A stretch of DNA of 64,000 nucleotides from Leucoraja ocellata (Eukaryota), in contig JAWMAR010000618.1 of the NCBI GenBank assembly GCA_036785375.1, positions 930,001 through 994,000 on the forward strand, read 5' to 3'. How positions within the stretch are numbered: position 1 is the first letter of the stretch; the number at the start of each line of letters is the position of its first letter. Below the pieces are notes generated by a model. The model searched no databases. It saw only the letters and a list, made by a program, of their open reading frames with translations, and was not told the origin of the DNA. The translations under genes and the position numbers were made by a program. Shown here one piece after another: positions 26,267 through 39,265 of the stretch.

Positions 26267-26543
26267 GGGCAGCACAGTGGCACAGCAGTAGAGTTGCTGC
26301 CTTACAGCACCAGAGACCCGGGTTCGATCCTGACTAAGGATGCTGTCTGTGCGAGTTTGTATATTCTCCCTGTGATTTGCGTGGGTTTCCTCTGGGTGCT
26401 CCAGTTTCCTCCCACACTCTAAAGATGTACTGGTTTGTAGGTTATTTATTAGCTTTAGTAAACATTGTAAATTGCCCCAGCGTGTTGGAAAGTGCTAGTG
26501 TACACGGTGATCGCTGGTCGGTTTCTGCTCCGTATCTCTAAAG
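26267..26543 (+). mobile_element. tRNA-derived V-SINE/HE1-like SINE
   Basis: A-box-like gtggcacagcagtag, B-box gggttcgatcct, V-domain-like gcgtgggtttcctctgggtgctccagtttcctcccacac. Confidence 0.8.
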
Positions 26544-26859
26544 TGGTGAATAGACAGAAGCAAGTGGGCCTTGGAAGTCTTCAAAATGGACTCCAAACAT
26601 CATAAAGTTTCATAGCCAAAAAATGTCTTGTTGATTCTCACCTAAAGGCCCTCTTTTATGAATTTGTACTTCCCTCATGTTGTTCCCAACTGGTTGGAAA
26701 TGTCACAGACTGTTCCCTTACTTAGGCTTTGAAAGGTCGAACACCATCAGTGCTCAATTTGGCCAATCCAATAAAATATTAATTATCAACCTGGATTTGG
26801 GACACGTGGAGAGAGAGAACCAACAAGTGAGAGAACCTACTTTGCCTTCCTCAGAATAA

Positions 26860-27100
26860 AATGACGTGCCTTTGGAAAGGAGATGAGGAGGGATTTCTTC
26901 AGTCAGAGAGTGCTGAATCTATGGAATTCATTGCCACAGATGGCTGTGGAGGCCATTGGGTATTTTGAAAGTTGAGCTTGACTGGTTCTTGATTGGTAAG
27001 GGTGCCAAAGGCAGAAGAATGGGGTTGAGAAGGAAAGGTAGATCAGTCATAACTGAATGGAGGAGTAGACTCGATTGGGCTAATTCTGTTCCTATGACAT
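26860..27100 (+). mobile_element. CR1-like LINE 3' end
   Basis: gagatgaggagggatttcttcagtcagagagtg.tgaatct.tggaattcattgccacag and CR1-type tail. Confidence 0.7.
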
Positions 27101-29050
27101 AAACTTACGATCCTCATCCCTTTAAATGTACAAATCTCAAATCTATCCACGACTGTATTTCTATAAGAGATACAAGTGAAGGCTATGGGTGTAAAGTGGG
27201 TAAATAGTGTGTGTATATAAAAATATAGATTTAGATATATATGGCACAGACATGGTATGCTGAAGGGCGCGTTTCTGTGCTGTTCCAACTCTTCTGCACC
27301 TACAAAAATAAAGGCCGATTATATTGCAATGAATAATTGAAATAAACGAGGAGAGCAGCAAAGCAGGACTTAAGAACTGATAAAGAGGGAATAGCTAGAA
27401 AATAAAGTATGCTAGCAACGAATATTAAAGCAGAATTTAGGTATGTGACAAGTAAAAGGAAATAATGGCACCAAAGAAGCTGAGACAAAAATAGCAGCTG
27501 ACAACAAAAAACACTATAAGCATGCTAAACATGGTATGAAATAATGGGGAAAATAGGATGCAGATACATAAAGCATTCATTTTCTGGTAAGAGAAAAATG
27601 CTGGGTAACCTAGTGCCAGGGAATCTACAAAAGTAACCCGGCTAATGAAGAAAAATAGAAGAGAGAAACAAAAGTCAGTTAACCAAAAATATGCTGTCGA
27701 GATAAAAGGTGGACTCTTTCATTAAGGAAATATTAACAGGAAATTTTGAAAATCTTATTATTTTATAGAAGAGGAAATACGTTTGACAAATTCATTAAAG
27801 GACTCAAATGTTTGCAGAGGGATATAGACATGTTTAGTGAGTGGGCTAAAAAAAATGGCAGATGGAATATAATTTGGGGAATTGTGCAGCTTTGAAAGGA
27901 AAATCAGAATATGATTAAATTATGTTATTTATGTGAAACTAATGAATGCTGGTGTTGAGTGAAATGTGGGTGGCCTCATACAAGAAACAGTGAAAGAGAA
28001 AATTATCATACGGGCACAGCAATTAATTAGGAAGGCAAAATGAACATTGACCTGTATTACAAAACGAATGAAGTATGAATGCAGAAAAGTCTCGCTACAA
28101 CTGTACAAAGCTTTGCTCACAATACACCTTCAATGATTCAATGGGGCTTTATTTATCACATGTGCAACTGCACAGTGCCATTCTTCTACACATGTAGGTG
28201 CCGCCATGATTTGGCACCATTTCCAAAGTCCAATCTGCCCGAGAGCTTGGACTACTGGAGTGGCTCCCTATCCAGGTAAGCCCCAGGCTTCTGCGGGGCC
28301 TTCCTCCGTTGCCTTTGACCGGATCGGCCCGCGAACCAACGTCCTTCTCCTCGCACCACCATCTTTGTGTCCCGAGAGTGCTTCGTACAGCCGACCTTGA
28401 CAGTGCTAGAGACATTACCTCACTTCACCTTCCTACCGACCCTCGCTCTTCACATTCGACATCTCCAGTGGTTCCCTCCCGGTACCGCGGTCTGCCGAGC
28501 CTTTGGGTTCCCAGTTCCACCATCAGTCGAGCGTTCCTGGTCTTCTGCATAATACGTGACTTATGCAGCACAAGTTCACATTCTCATTAACTTTGATCTG
28601 GTTATCAGGTGTAGACTGCGGTGGAGCAACGGAACAAGGCACCAGTGTTGGGCTTGCAACTTCCTTCCAAACTCGCCAGCTTACTCTCACAGTTAGCACC
28701 TGGTATCCAGACTGAACTCACACGGCAGGGAGAGTGCTGGAGAATGGAAAGGCAGCCGTTCCACCATCCCTTAGCTTCACCAGACACCCCATCTCACCAT
28801 TCACAGGAGCTGGGTCCGGGCTCCCTTCTCCTGTCATTCCCCCAGGAACCTAGCCTGGGAGGCAAAGATGTGCAAGGCCAATCGCTACTTCTTGCAAAAT
28901 CCCATCTCTCCTGTGACAGTCAAACTCTGACACGCCGTGCATTATGAATAACTTGATCCCCAGGGTTTTGCTTCTGTGATCACTGCATCCGTTTGTAGGG
29001 TGAGCCAGCAGCTGGGGTGCTGGAAGCCAATAGTCTTACTCTTGATGTTC

Positions 29051-29190
29051 AAGAAGGAACTGCAGATGCTGGAAAATCGAAGGTACACAAAATTGCTGGA
29101 GAAACTGAAGAAGGGTTTCGGCCCGAAACGTTGCCTATTTCCTTCGCTCCATAGATGCTGCTGCACCCGCTGAGTTTCTCCAGCAATTTT
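29051..29190 (+). mobile_element. 140-bp Penelope-derived insertion with intact hammerhead motif and 18-bp TSD
   Basis: TSD gtcttactcttgatgttc at 29033-29050 and 29191-29208; CTGAAGA at 29105 followed by gggtttcggccc-GAAACGTT. Confidence 0.8.
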
Positions 29191-30399
29191 GTCTTACTCT
29201 TGATGTTCTCCAATAGTCCTTGAGAACTATGTACAAGTTTGTCTTCTAATTTTAGGAATGACATACAGAAACAATGCAGATAATGTTTACTCGATAGAGT
29301 CCAGAGAACAAGAGACCATTCTATGCAGAAAAATTGAGGAGACCATGTGTATATTCTCTGGAGTTTATAAGAATTATAGAGGTGATACTACTGAAATTTA
29401 AATGTTGTTTTCTCTTGCAAGATAATCTAAAATTATGAGACTTGGTCTTAGAATAACGACTCTCCCATTTAAGATGGTAAAAGTAGGAGTAATTTCTTTC
29501 AGATCAATGTGAATCTTTGGAATTTTAAACTGCACAGAATAATGGATGCTATTATTAAGTATACTCAGCATTGAAACTGATGGATTTTGGACTCCTGGGA
29601 GAATATGCTGGAAAGTTTATTTGGGGGCAGAGTCAGAGTCAGTATGATACTATTGAGTGGCAAAGCAGATTTAAGGGGATATGTGATCGACCCTTCACTT
29701 CATCACCATTTAATCTCCTCTCAAATTAAAAACAAGGAGGGCCAGAAATGTTCCTGAGGGGATTCCAGAACCAATGACACAACAGTGGAAGGAGAAATCA
29801 TTGTGATTCTCTGACTGCAATCTGATAAGAAAAGAAGACCAGTGCAGTCCCTTCCAGTTGGACCAGGAAAGAAAGAGGTGATTGGTGTAGTGGTGTGGTC
29901 AGTTGTAACAAAAGCTGCAGACATGTAAAAATAAAGTGCGGCATAGATGGTAAGCGTGCAGAAGAGATGTTACCTAACGGCCTCCAGTTACAGAGAGAAG
30001 TTGGAAAGGCTGGAGCTTTTCTCTTAGGCACAACGGTAGCTGACGGGTAAACCTATTGAGGTGTACAAGATCAGGAGGAGTATAGATAAAGTGAATGCTC
30101 ACAGGGTAGAGGATTATTTTTTTCCCAGGGTGGAGGATTCTACAACTAGGGGTCTATAGGCCAAATGGAGGCAAATAGGACTAGCCCAGTGTGCCAACGG
30201 ATGGCCTGGTCAAGTTAGGTCGAAGGACCTGCTTCCATGGTGTATGGCTCTATGACTCTAAAGACAGATTAATATGTCCACATTTAGGGCTGAGGTTAAA
30301 ATAAATGTTCTCATTCATAGGATTGTATACCTTTCAATTTCTCCATCTCTGGAGGATGGAATTATTTCATCGTCAAGTGTATTCATGACTGATCTCAAA

Positions 30400-30889
30400 G
30401 AGTTTTCGATGTTGTTGACCTCCGCGTGGCGAGCCCTGTCAACTGACCTCAGTCAGGCGAATGACAACAAACAGAGAGAGCAGCAGAAATAATGCAACCT
30501 CAGTAGCCTCAGCTTGGCGCCAACCTGGAGCATGCGCCCTTTTTAGGGCAGGCACCTACGGGTGTCATCACCCTGCTGCAGCTGAATGCGGAAGGCCTAA
30601 AGGGCCCGTCCCACTTTCACAACCTTTTATACTCGTGGACATTTTTCATCATGCTACAAAAAACGCCCCGACCTACTTGATGCCACGAGTACCTACGACT
30701 AGCATCACAGCCTGCTACCACCTACCTCCTAATGACCTCGTGATGACCATGCTGTGAGTATGAATCAAGGGCAAACTCGGCAGACGTCGTGATTTAGGTC
30801 GTGGAAGTGGGACAGGCCCTTAACTGGCTGCAGCGCCTGGAGGCCGTTACAGAACTTCTGCTGCCTCAAACGCAAGAAGAAGACAGAAG
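30400..30889 (+). mobile_element. Internally deleted Ingi/Vingi-like element with degenerate 5' HDV-like ribozyme
   Basis: HDV-like fold at 30400-30469; LLQLNAEGL endonuclease-start-like peptide; (GAA)n-type tail; MITE inserted at 30601. Confidence 0.6.
30601..30820. mobile_element. PIF/Harbinger-type MITE
   Basis: TIRs agggcccgtcccactt / aagtgggacaggccct; TAA TSD. Confidence 0.85.
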
Positions 30890-31803
30890 ATTAGCCATAA
30901 TCTTGTCAAATGGTGGAACAGACTCTTGTGGCTCTGAGCCTATTCCTTCTCTTATTTCGTATGTTCTTTTGCAGTTCCTTTTACGTTCTGGAAAACAATA
31001 TAATTTACAGATATTTAGGACAATTATTATGACTATAATAAGGTCCACACCAAAGGATCACATACACTCATCCACTGTTATTCCACCATCAGAGATGCCT
31101 ATCATTCCATTCCTCGTCCTCACTTTGGGAAATCAGACGACATGGCTGTGCTCCTTCTTCCTGCGTATAGTTAGCAACTGAAGAGTTCAGGTCCAGTCCC
31201 AGGATGGTGCAGAGCTGGTCAGTAGAGGCAGAGGAGCGACTCTGGATTTGCTTGGAGTCAGTGGACAGGGTGATGTTCAAGGGGCAAAGGACCCGTGCAA
31301 ATACACCACAGTTGTTACCGACTTCATAAGGAAATGTGTGGAGGAGTGTGTTCCCATGAAAACCATCCGAGTGTTCCCCAACCAGAAGCCTTGGATGAAC
31401 ACAAAGGTCTGCATTCTCCAGGTCTTGGACATTCAAGTCTCGCGATGCAGATTCCTATATATGACATTGATAAGGCCTTCAAAAAGTATAAAAGGGACTT
31501 TTGCTCTAAACTGCTGGGGGCCAGGATGGACAGGGCTTGCATGCCATCACTTTGCACAAGGTGAAACCAGGGGGAAGCTCATGCGATAGTGAGGCATCTC
31601 TCCCCAATTACCTCAATGCGTTCTACACATACTTCAGTAGGGAGTATACTGATCCGCCTTCCCAGGGCCCTCATAGTATAGATGGTATTGCAATCTTAGT
31701 TACCGAGGCTCCCGAGATGATCTTTGGGGAGGGTGAACCCTTGGAAAGCATCTGGATCAGATGGTGCACCTTGTCGCATTTTCAAATCCTGCACAGACCA
31801 ACT

Positions 31804-32072
31804 TAGTTTTAGAGAAACTGTGGGAAAAGGCCCTTCCGCCCACCAAGTCCGCCTGACCAGTGATCATCCATGCACTATTTCTATCCGACACGCCATGGAT
31901 AATTTACAGAAGCCAATTACTCTACAAACCTGCACGTCTTTGGAAGTGGGAGAAAACCGGAGTAAACCACAGCAAACCCACGCGGTCACAGGGAGAATAT
32001 TCAAAGTCCGTTCATACAGGACCTATAGTCAGGGTTGAACCCGGGTCTGTGGCACTGTGCTACTGTGCCACC
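31804..32072 (-). mobile_element. V-SINE/HE1-like SINE
   Basis: Minus strand gtggcacagtagcacag...gacccgggttcaaccctgac; V-domain-like segment; CR1-type tail. Confidence 0.7.
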
Positions 32073-32315
32073 CTGGATGGGGTTTCTGCGAACATCTCCA
32101 ACCTCTCATTATTGAAGTTTGAGGTATCCACCTGCTTTAAAAGTGCATCCATAATGCATGCATGGTGATGATGTGCTTTGAATGGTTGGTTATAGCGCAT
32201 ATCAACTCCTACCTCCACAAGTACCTGGAACCACTAACATTTGCCTAGTGCCACAATAGATAAATGGAGGATGCTTGCTGGCTCCACATTCTGCACTGGA
32301 CCATTTAGACAATAA

Positions 32316-35300
32316 AATAGTAAGATTAAACGAAAACTTACCAGTTTGAAGTTTGATCTTTATTTTATGAGGAGTTACGATGAGGGATTACGTGAAGACC
32401 CCGTCCAGCACGCATGCGCGACATACTTCAAACCAGCGGTGTGGAATCACAGAAAACACAATAATTGAAGTAAACATAGTAAAGATAAGGAGAACTAAGA
32501 TACCAGTTGATCTCTGTAATTGAGTGTGTGAGCGGAGGGCACGTAATCCCTCATCGTAACTCCTCATAAAATACAGATCAAATTCCAAACTGGCAAGTTC
32601 TTGTTTAATCTTACTATTTTACTTCGGAGTCACGTGAGTGACTACGTGAAGATTTTAAAGCTCTGTGATTTCAAACCGTGTAACAGCCCATACTTCACTC
32701 GCTGCCGAAGTCATCCAAGGGAGAAAGTATGTTATCGTAATCAAACATGAATCTGTTTGTAAAACAACAATGGTATTATTTGAAAATAATAACAAAGAAA
32801 TTAATGCTCCCCCGGGCTTAAATTATATATATTTTTTTGCAGCGTCTCTGCACGTGAAAACAGGTTTTATAATGGCTTGTTGTAGAATGTTTGAAAAGTT
32901 ATTTCCATGGGCCACCCGCTGTTACCAGGTTAGGTCCAGTGGCACATCCATACTGTTAGCCGTCGGCGTGGATGCTGCTCTGGTGGAGTGAGATGTGTAA
33001 ATATCGGTATCCACTCCAGCAGCTCCCAATACCTGTTTGAGCCATCTAGAGATGGTTTGACTCGGTACCCGACCATGTGGCTTTTTTGTGGCTGACCCAT
33101 CGCTTCTTGTCTCCCTCAGGAATTTTAGGTTGTGTTGATATATTGTAGAAGGTGAGTCATGACACATAATGGTGGTCAGGTGGATACGCCCGGTATTCCA
33201 TAATGAGTCATGAAGTTCCTGGTCTACTCTGTTTTACCAGCTCCTGAATGGTGAATGTTAGTTGGTCTGATGTTACGACCAAATTGTCCAGTCTGAGTAC
33301 GTAAAAGGACTGTACCCTTATGCTGAGACTAAGCCATCAGCATGGCCGTATACAGGGTAGCTGTTTTCAGAGTAAGGGATCTGGCTGGTGGCCACCCCTT
33401 AGGTATGTCAGGACAATGCTGACATCCCAGATCTAGGTATATCTAGGTCTAGGGGGGTTTGAATAGAAGGTACCTCTCATTAATTTGGCCACCAGTGGAC
33501 GAGACCCTATGGCCTGTTTCCCTTGGTGCCTGTCTTAGATAGGCTGATAGTACACCTAGCACATTTGATAGTGCTATAGCTCAGACCTTCATCGTGGTGA
33601 AGGCTGGCCAGGAACTCCGGTACATCGATATGGTGGTTGATTAGTAGGTTGTCTCTGTTCTCGAGCAGTATGTTTCTCATTTTCTTATACTGGAGGGATA
33701 TTGTTTCTTGGTGGAAGTTGGTGAGATGCTGTCATCATGTCCATGGTCCTATTTGACAATCCCAGGTCCATCAAAAGGTATTTTTGGAATCTACAACCCA
33801 GCAGGCTTATTCTGTCATGGCATGGGTGACTTTCACCTGATACAGGGTGGATCAGTAGATCTGGTCCGCTGGGAATGGTCATGGGTTTCAATGACCCTGT
33901 CAAGGACCACTGGGAACCATGGCTGTGTAGGCCGGTCGGGTACCAAAAAGTCCGAAGCAAAGTTCATCTGTATTTTGCGTAGTACCTGACTGATGAGGCA
34001 GAAAGGGGGGGAAAACATAGAGATTAGTTCCTCCCAGTTCAGCGAGAATGTATCCATCGCCGCTGCCTCAAGGTCTGGTTCCCAAGCGACATACATCGGT
34101 ACGTGGTGATTCAGTTGGGATGCAAAGAAATCGATATCTGGTGTTCCATATTGCTTTGTAATTTCAGCAAATACTTTGGGGTTTAACATGTCTGTCACAG
34201 TATTTAGCTTACCTGGTAGGTAAGTTGCTGATAGCCAAATATGTTTGTCGAAACACCATTACCAGATTGTGTTGATCAAATTGTCACATGATATCGATTT
34301 TATCCCGTCCATGTAGTTAGTATAGGCCACCACTGTGATATTGTCAAATTGTAAACGAACATGCAAAATGGCGCACTTTTGAACAATATGCTTTTAACCC
34401 ATAGAACGCACCAAACATTTCCAACTAGGTTTTATGTCCAGTGTCTGTAGTAGTGATGACTCTAGATTAGTCCATCTACCACGTTCTGGATATGGGTTAT
34501 TGATAAATGATGGGACTGGAACTATGCCGAATGTTCTCTTTCCATCATTATAGGTCTGAAAATAGGCAATTTCATGGTTCAGTCAAAGTGACCTGCATGT
34601 TGTTTAAAAAGCTAGCATCTTTCCTCTAATGCAAAGGTCCAATCTAGGTAGCTGGTAATGCTGCTACTAATTTCCCAATTACTCTTGCCGCTTTGTTGAA
34701 TGGTTGGTTGATTGTTAACCATTAATTTGTTACAGGTTTGTGCCAATTCTGCTGACTTTTCTTTTGGCAATGTTATAGACATGTGGACTGAGTTAATTGA
34801 ATACCAGATAGTCCATAGTTGTGGGTGGTGTCAACGTAAATATATCTGGATGTATGACATGGCCCAAGGTTAAATAAGTTTTTAGTAGCTAAAGCTGCTG
34901 AATTAGCTAATTTCATGGTTTTGTCTATTGTTAAATATCATCGAGATATGCCATGACAATATGTTTCCTTAAAAGTGTCAGGGCTGATTTAAATATCTTG
35001 GAAAACAGTTTTGGCTCATATTAGCCCATTAGTCAATAATTTGTACTGCCATAGTTACCCCACCCAGGTAAATTTTTAGGTATCTCCGATGATCTTTATG
35101 AATGGGTACTAAACACTATGCATCTTTTAAGTCGATGCCTACCATAAAGTATCCTTAGGAAATCCATTGTTTGGCAGTTACAAATGTTTTCCATTAAAGC
35201 ATATATACCTGACGAAAGTATTCAATGTGGTTAAGTCAATGATGGTACGACATTCACCATCTTTTTTAGTAATTTAAATACGAATTCCAAAGGTTCATAT

Positions 35301-37022
35301 TTAGACTTCTTTATGACCCCTTTGTATATAACTTCTGCAGTTCAGCCTGTCCCTCATGTTTTCTTTTTATTGAGAGGGTAAACTCCTTTGGGGTGCATGC
35401 TGAACTGGTGGAAAGTTTTTCTTAAATTCAATTTTTATCCTTGAATACTTTTTGGTATTTAACCACCAAGTGTGATAGTTCTTCATGCTTCCAAAAACAG
35501 GTGTAGTTTCCACCCCTGTTAGCATAATCCCCTCACCTTTTATGTGATGGTAGGAACCAGACCCACCTACTTCTACTGTTGTTTGGTGGTGTGTTAATTT
35601 ATTCGGTTTCTGGTTCCTTGTCTGTCGAGGTGGTGCTGTTGGGGGATGGCGCATTTTCCATGGGGCCTGCTCTGGGTCTTGTCCCGAAAGACTTGCGGGG
35701 ATGGTATGCGGGCCCTGAGCTTTCACCAGTACCATGAAGTAGATGCCTACTGGTGGATGCGTAGAGGTACTGCAGTCTGGGTTTTGTGTGGTTTGCTCAT
35801 TCCAGGTCCTGCCCTCATGAGGCCAAATGCCTTGGATTCTTCGTACAGATTTTAGGCTTGATTTGGTCATTCTTTGCCAAGTAACAGGATCTGTGGTTCT
35901 GAGGCCGGCGTTCTACACAGTCCTGCGAATTTTTGAGGTTGAGGGCAGGTCTTATGACCTCCTTCCAGAGGTTGCCAATCACATACTGTGTTGCACAGTA
36001 GAGCCAGTTTTGGCCTGTCCATGGAATGAGCATGTGAAGTGATAGCCGACGTCAGGGGTATCAACATTTTTTGCAATTTTAAGTTTTTGGGTTTAAATAC
36101 CCTGTTCAATGTACTCCCAGTAATGGCAGGCACATTGAGCAAATGCAATTTTGGGGAGGTGTGATAAAGTTCAACGCCTCAATGACTACCTGTCTTGGAG
36201 AGGTTTAAAGGACAGGTAATAAGCTGGCCGCCAGTTTAGGCTGTAACGGCCATCCCGCTCGTGGTGTTGCCACGTAGCGGTTCACCACACCCAGCAGCTC
36301 TTCCAGGTCATGTACCTCAAGCATACTCCCAGTTTCTTCAGCCAGTGACCCCTCTTCTTGACCAGCCCAGTCCTGGTCGCCAAAGCTCCCCTCTGCTGAG
36401 GGAGATGCGATGGCCAGTGCTGTTAGTGTACTGGAGCAGGAGTGTTTGTGCTCCCTTGGCGAGCTTGCCCCATCTCCCGGAGCAAATCTCGCTGGAGCTT
36501 TTGCTCCATGAGCCTTTCCATAAGGCTTGAAACGGTCACCTTTAGCCGCTCTTGGGCGGGAGTCTACCGTGCCGGGCTCTTCTGAGTGAACCGGCCGGTC
36601 CGACTTCCGTTGTGACTTTCATCCAGCCCGCTACGGTTGGTCGCCAACGTTCCCTTGAGCTGTGCTAGCGGCGCTGGGCTCGGCTCGGAATGCTGTCAGT
36701 GACTATGGACCGCAGCGTTGTGTGGTCCAGGTGCCGCCGGTCGCCCCCTACTGCTGGAACCGTCCTGGTGCGTAGCAGCCCGACGGGAACGACCTTCCTT
36801 GGTGTTTTCCCTGTTCTGTTCCTATTTAAAAATAAAACAGAACAGGGTTTCGAAAACACCATGTCCTCAGAGTAAGATTTGCTTACCCGAAGGTCCGTAT
36901 TCAAATTGTTGCGGGAGAGCTCGTACTCCCGTCTGTCGCTGTGCACTGCGTGAGACGCTATGTCGCGCATGCGTGCTGGACGGGGTCTTCACGTAGTCAC
37001 TCACGTGACTCCAAAGTAAAAT
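32316..37022 (-). mobile_element. DIRS1-like tyrosine-recombinase retrotransposon, full-length but decayed
   Basis: Termini and ICR (32540-32652) like the 46882 copy; remnants of YR (SRWLKQVL..SHSTRAAST), MT (DIDFFAS..SPPF), RT and gag with many stops and frameshifts. Confidence 0.92.
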
Positions 37023-39265
37023 CACATATGTCAGGGTGTTATTCATAGACTACACCTCAGCATTCAACATCATTATCTCCTCAAAACTGGTTACCAACCC
37101 CAGGGAACTGGGTCTCAGTGCATCCCTCTCCAAATGGATCTTTTCCGTTCTCATCAACAGAATACAATCAGTATGAATTAGCGGTAAAACCTCCTCCTCC
37201 ATAACCATCAGTGCAGGAGCATGCAAGGCTGTGTGCTCAACCTCCCAACAGTTCCTAATCTACCTTTAAATTCGCCAAAGACATCACCACTATTGGACGA
37301 ATTACAGATGATGAGAAGCCAGAACAACAATTTATTCTCAACGTCAGTAAAACCAAGGAACTGACTGATGACTTCAGAAGAGGAAAGCTGAGGATCCCCA
37401 AACCTGTCTTCATCGACAAATGAAAATCTTCAGATTCTTGGGTGTGAATATCTCTAAAGATCCGTCATGGACTCAGCATATTGATGCAATCCTTTTGGAA
37501 GCCCATCAATGCCTCTACTTCCTTCGAAGATGGAGGCGATTCAGTCCATTAACGAATACTCTCTTGAACTTCTGCAGATGTACGGGAGAGAGCATGTTGA
37601 CTGGTTGCATCACAGTCTAGTTCGGCAACTCGAACATCCAGGAATAAAGATTGCAAAAAGTGGTGAACACTGCCCAGTCTATCGCTGGTACTGACTGGCC
37701 CACCATCAAAAGGATTTATAAGAGTCGCTGCCTCAAAAAGGCAGCCAGCAACATCAGTGAACCACACCATCAAGGCCACGCTGTCATCGGGAAGAAGGTG
37801 TAGGAGCCTGAAAACTGTAACAATCAGGTTCAGGAACAGCTCATTCCCAAAACCATCAGGCTATTGAACACTAAGAACTCTAAACTACGAACTACAAACC
37901 GTCTTGCTGCACTAGGGACTTGGACGGCACTGTTTGTCATTTCACCATATTGTTTGTTTTTATATATTGAACTTCCTTTTGTTGTTTACTACGATGTCTA
38001 CCGAGTATTATGTTTACATGTCTATTGTGCTGATGCAAGTAAGAATTTCATTGTTCCGTTTCAGGACATGTGACAATAAAAGACTCTTGACTCTTGGGTA
38101 TAGTGGACGATGACTGTTGATGTGAATAAGGTTTAGGAAACAGGAGATGAGTCTCGTGGATGAACTCAGAGAGGCTCTCAGAAAAGATAGAGAAGAAATT
38201 AGAGTATGGTATGAATCCAGGGAGGAACCTTAAAATGAATATTTACCTGACAGACAGGAAAAGAGAAGAAAGTAGTTGACGCAGCTAAATAAACTTATTC
38301 TTAGAGACAGATAAATCTTGATTAGCTCTTGAAGTTGTTGGAGGCGAGGATGAAAAAGGCAGAGAAAATATATTTCAGAAGGCACTTCTACCTCATCACT
38401 AATCCTACTAGAAAATGCATTAGGTCCATCCTTAAGCAAAATTGGTTTTGTATTCTCAATGAAGATCTGCAATTAACTGGACAGGAACATAAGGTGAAGG
38501 ATTGGTACAAGATTTACTGCCCTGCATCAGCTTTAAGGGAGTCATGTGTACACAAATAACCATTGGAGGCAGAACTTCCTGCAGAAAAAGACCATTAAGC
38601 TTCATTGATGCTAAGGTGGCACAGATTTTACAGAAAAGATTTTCCTCTATCAAAGTCATTCTAACATTACTTCCAACCTGCCACTGGATCACATTAATTC
38701 TCCTGCTCGACAATACTTCAAACTGCAACCTCCTGCCTTTGCTGCAATAGTTCTTTCTCTTCCTCCAAAAAGGCATGCTTCTCCAGCACAACATTATGGA
38801 AGGTATAGTATGCAGCGATACTCGAACTAAAGTATCTTTGCTGCAATGATCTCAACGGGACATGAGATAGCGTAGGAAAATAAATGGCAGAGGGATTTGA
38901 GGAGGTAGCAATGGTGAGGTCGGAGTAATATTCTTCTGACTATAGCAGGCAGATGGCACTTCTAGTGGCATCTGCATCCAATTGTCCTAAATAACAGATG
39001 CCTCTCAATGATCCTCCAAATCCCAAAAAACAGTGCAAGTCAGATCCCAAAGAATTTCTGTCCGTAAATGTTCACCTGTTCTTGCCACTACTGTCAGCAC
39101 AATACTGCAATTATTTCTGTATAGGGATGAAAAGTCAGACCAAAACAAGTTTCTTTTTAATATCCTGTGCCATAACAAAATACATGCTTGCTGCAGAGAG
39201 CAGGTGCAGAAATTATGAAATAAATGCCTTAACAAGGAATCACAAATTCTGCTTGAGTTGCACTC

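Larger units (their letters stand above)
31085..38095 (+). mobile_element. Rex1/Babar-like LINE remnant split by a V-SINE (~31804-32072) and a DIRS (32316-37022)
   Basis: TDFIRKCVEECVP.KTIRVFPNQKPWMN; KASGSDG; LDHLDNK|ITYVRVLFIDYTSAFN across the DIRS; FRFLGVNISKD.SW; tail aataaaagactcttgactcttg. Confidence 0.8.
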
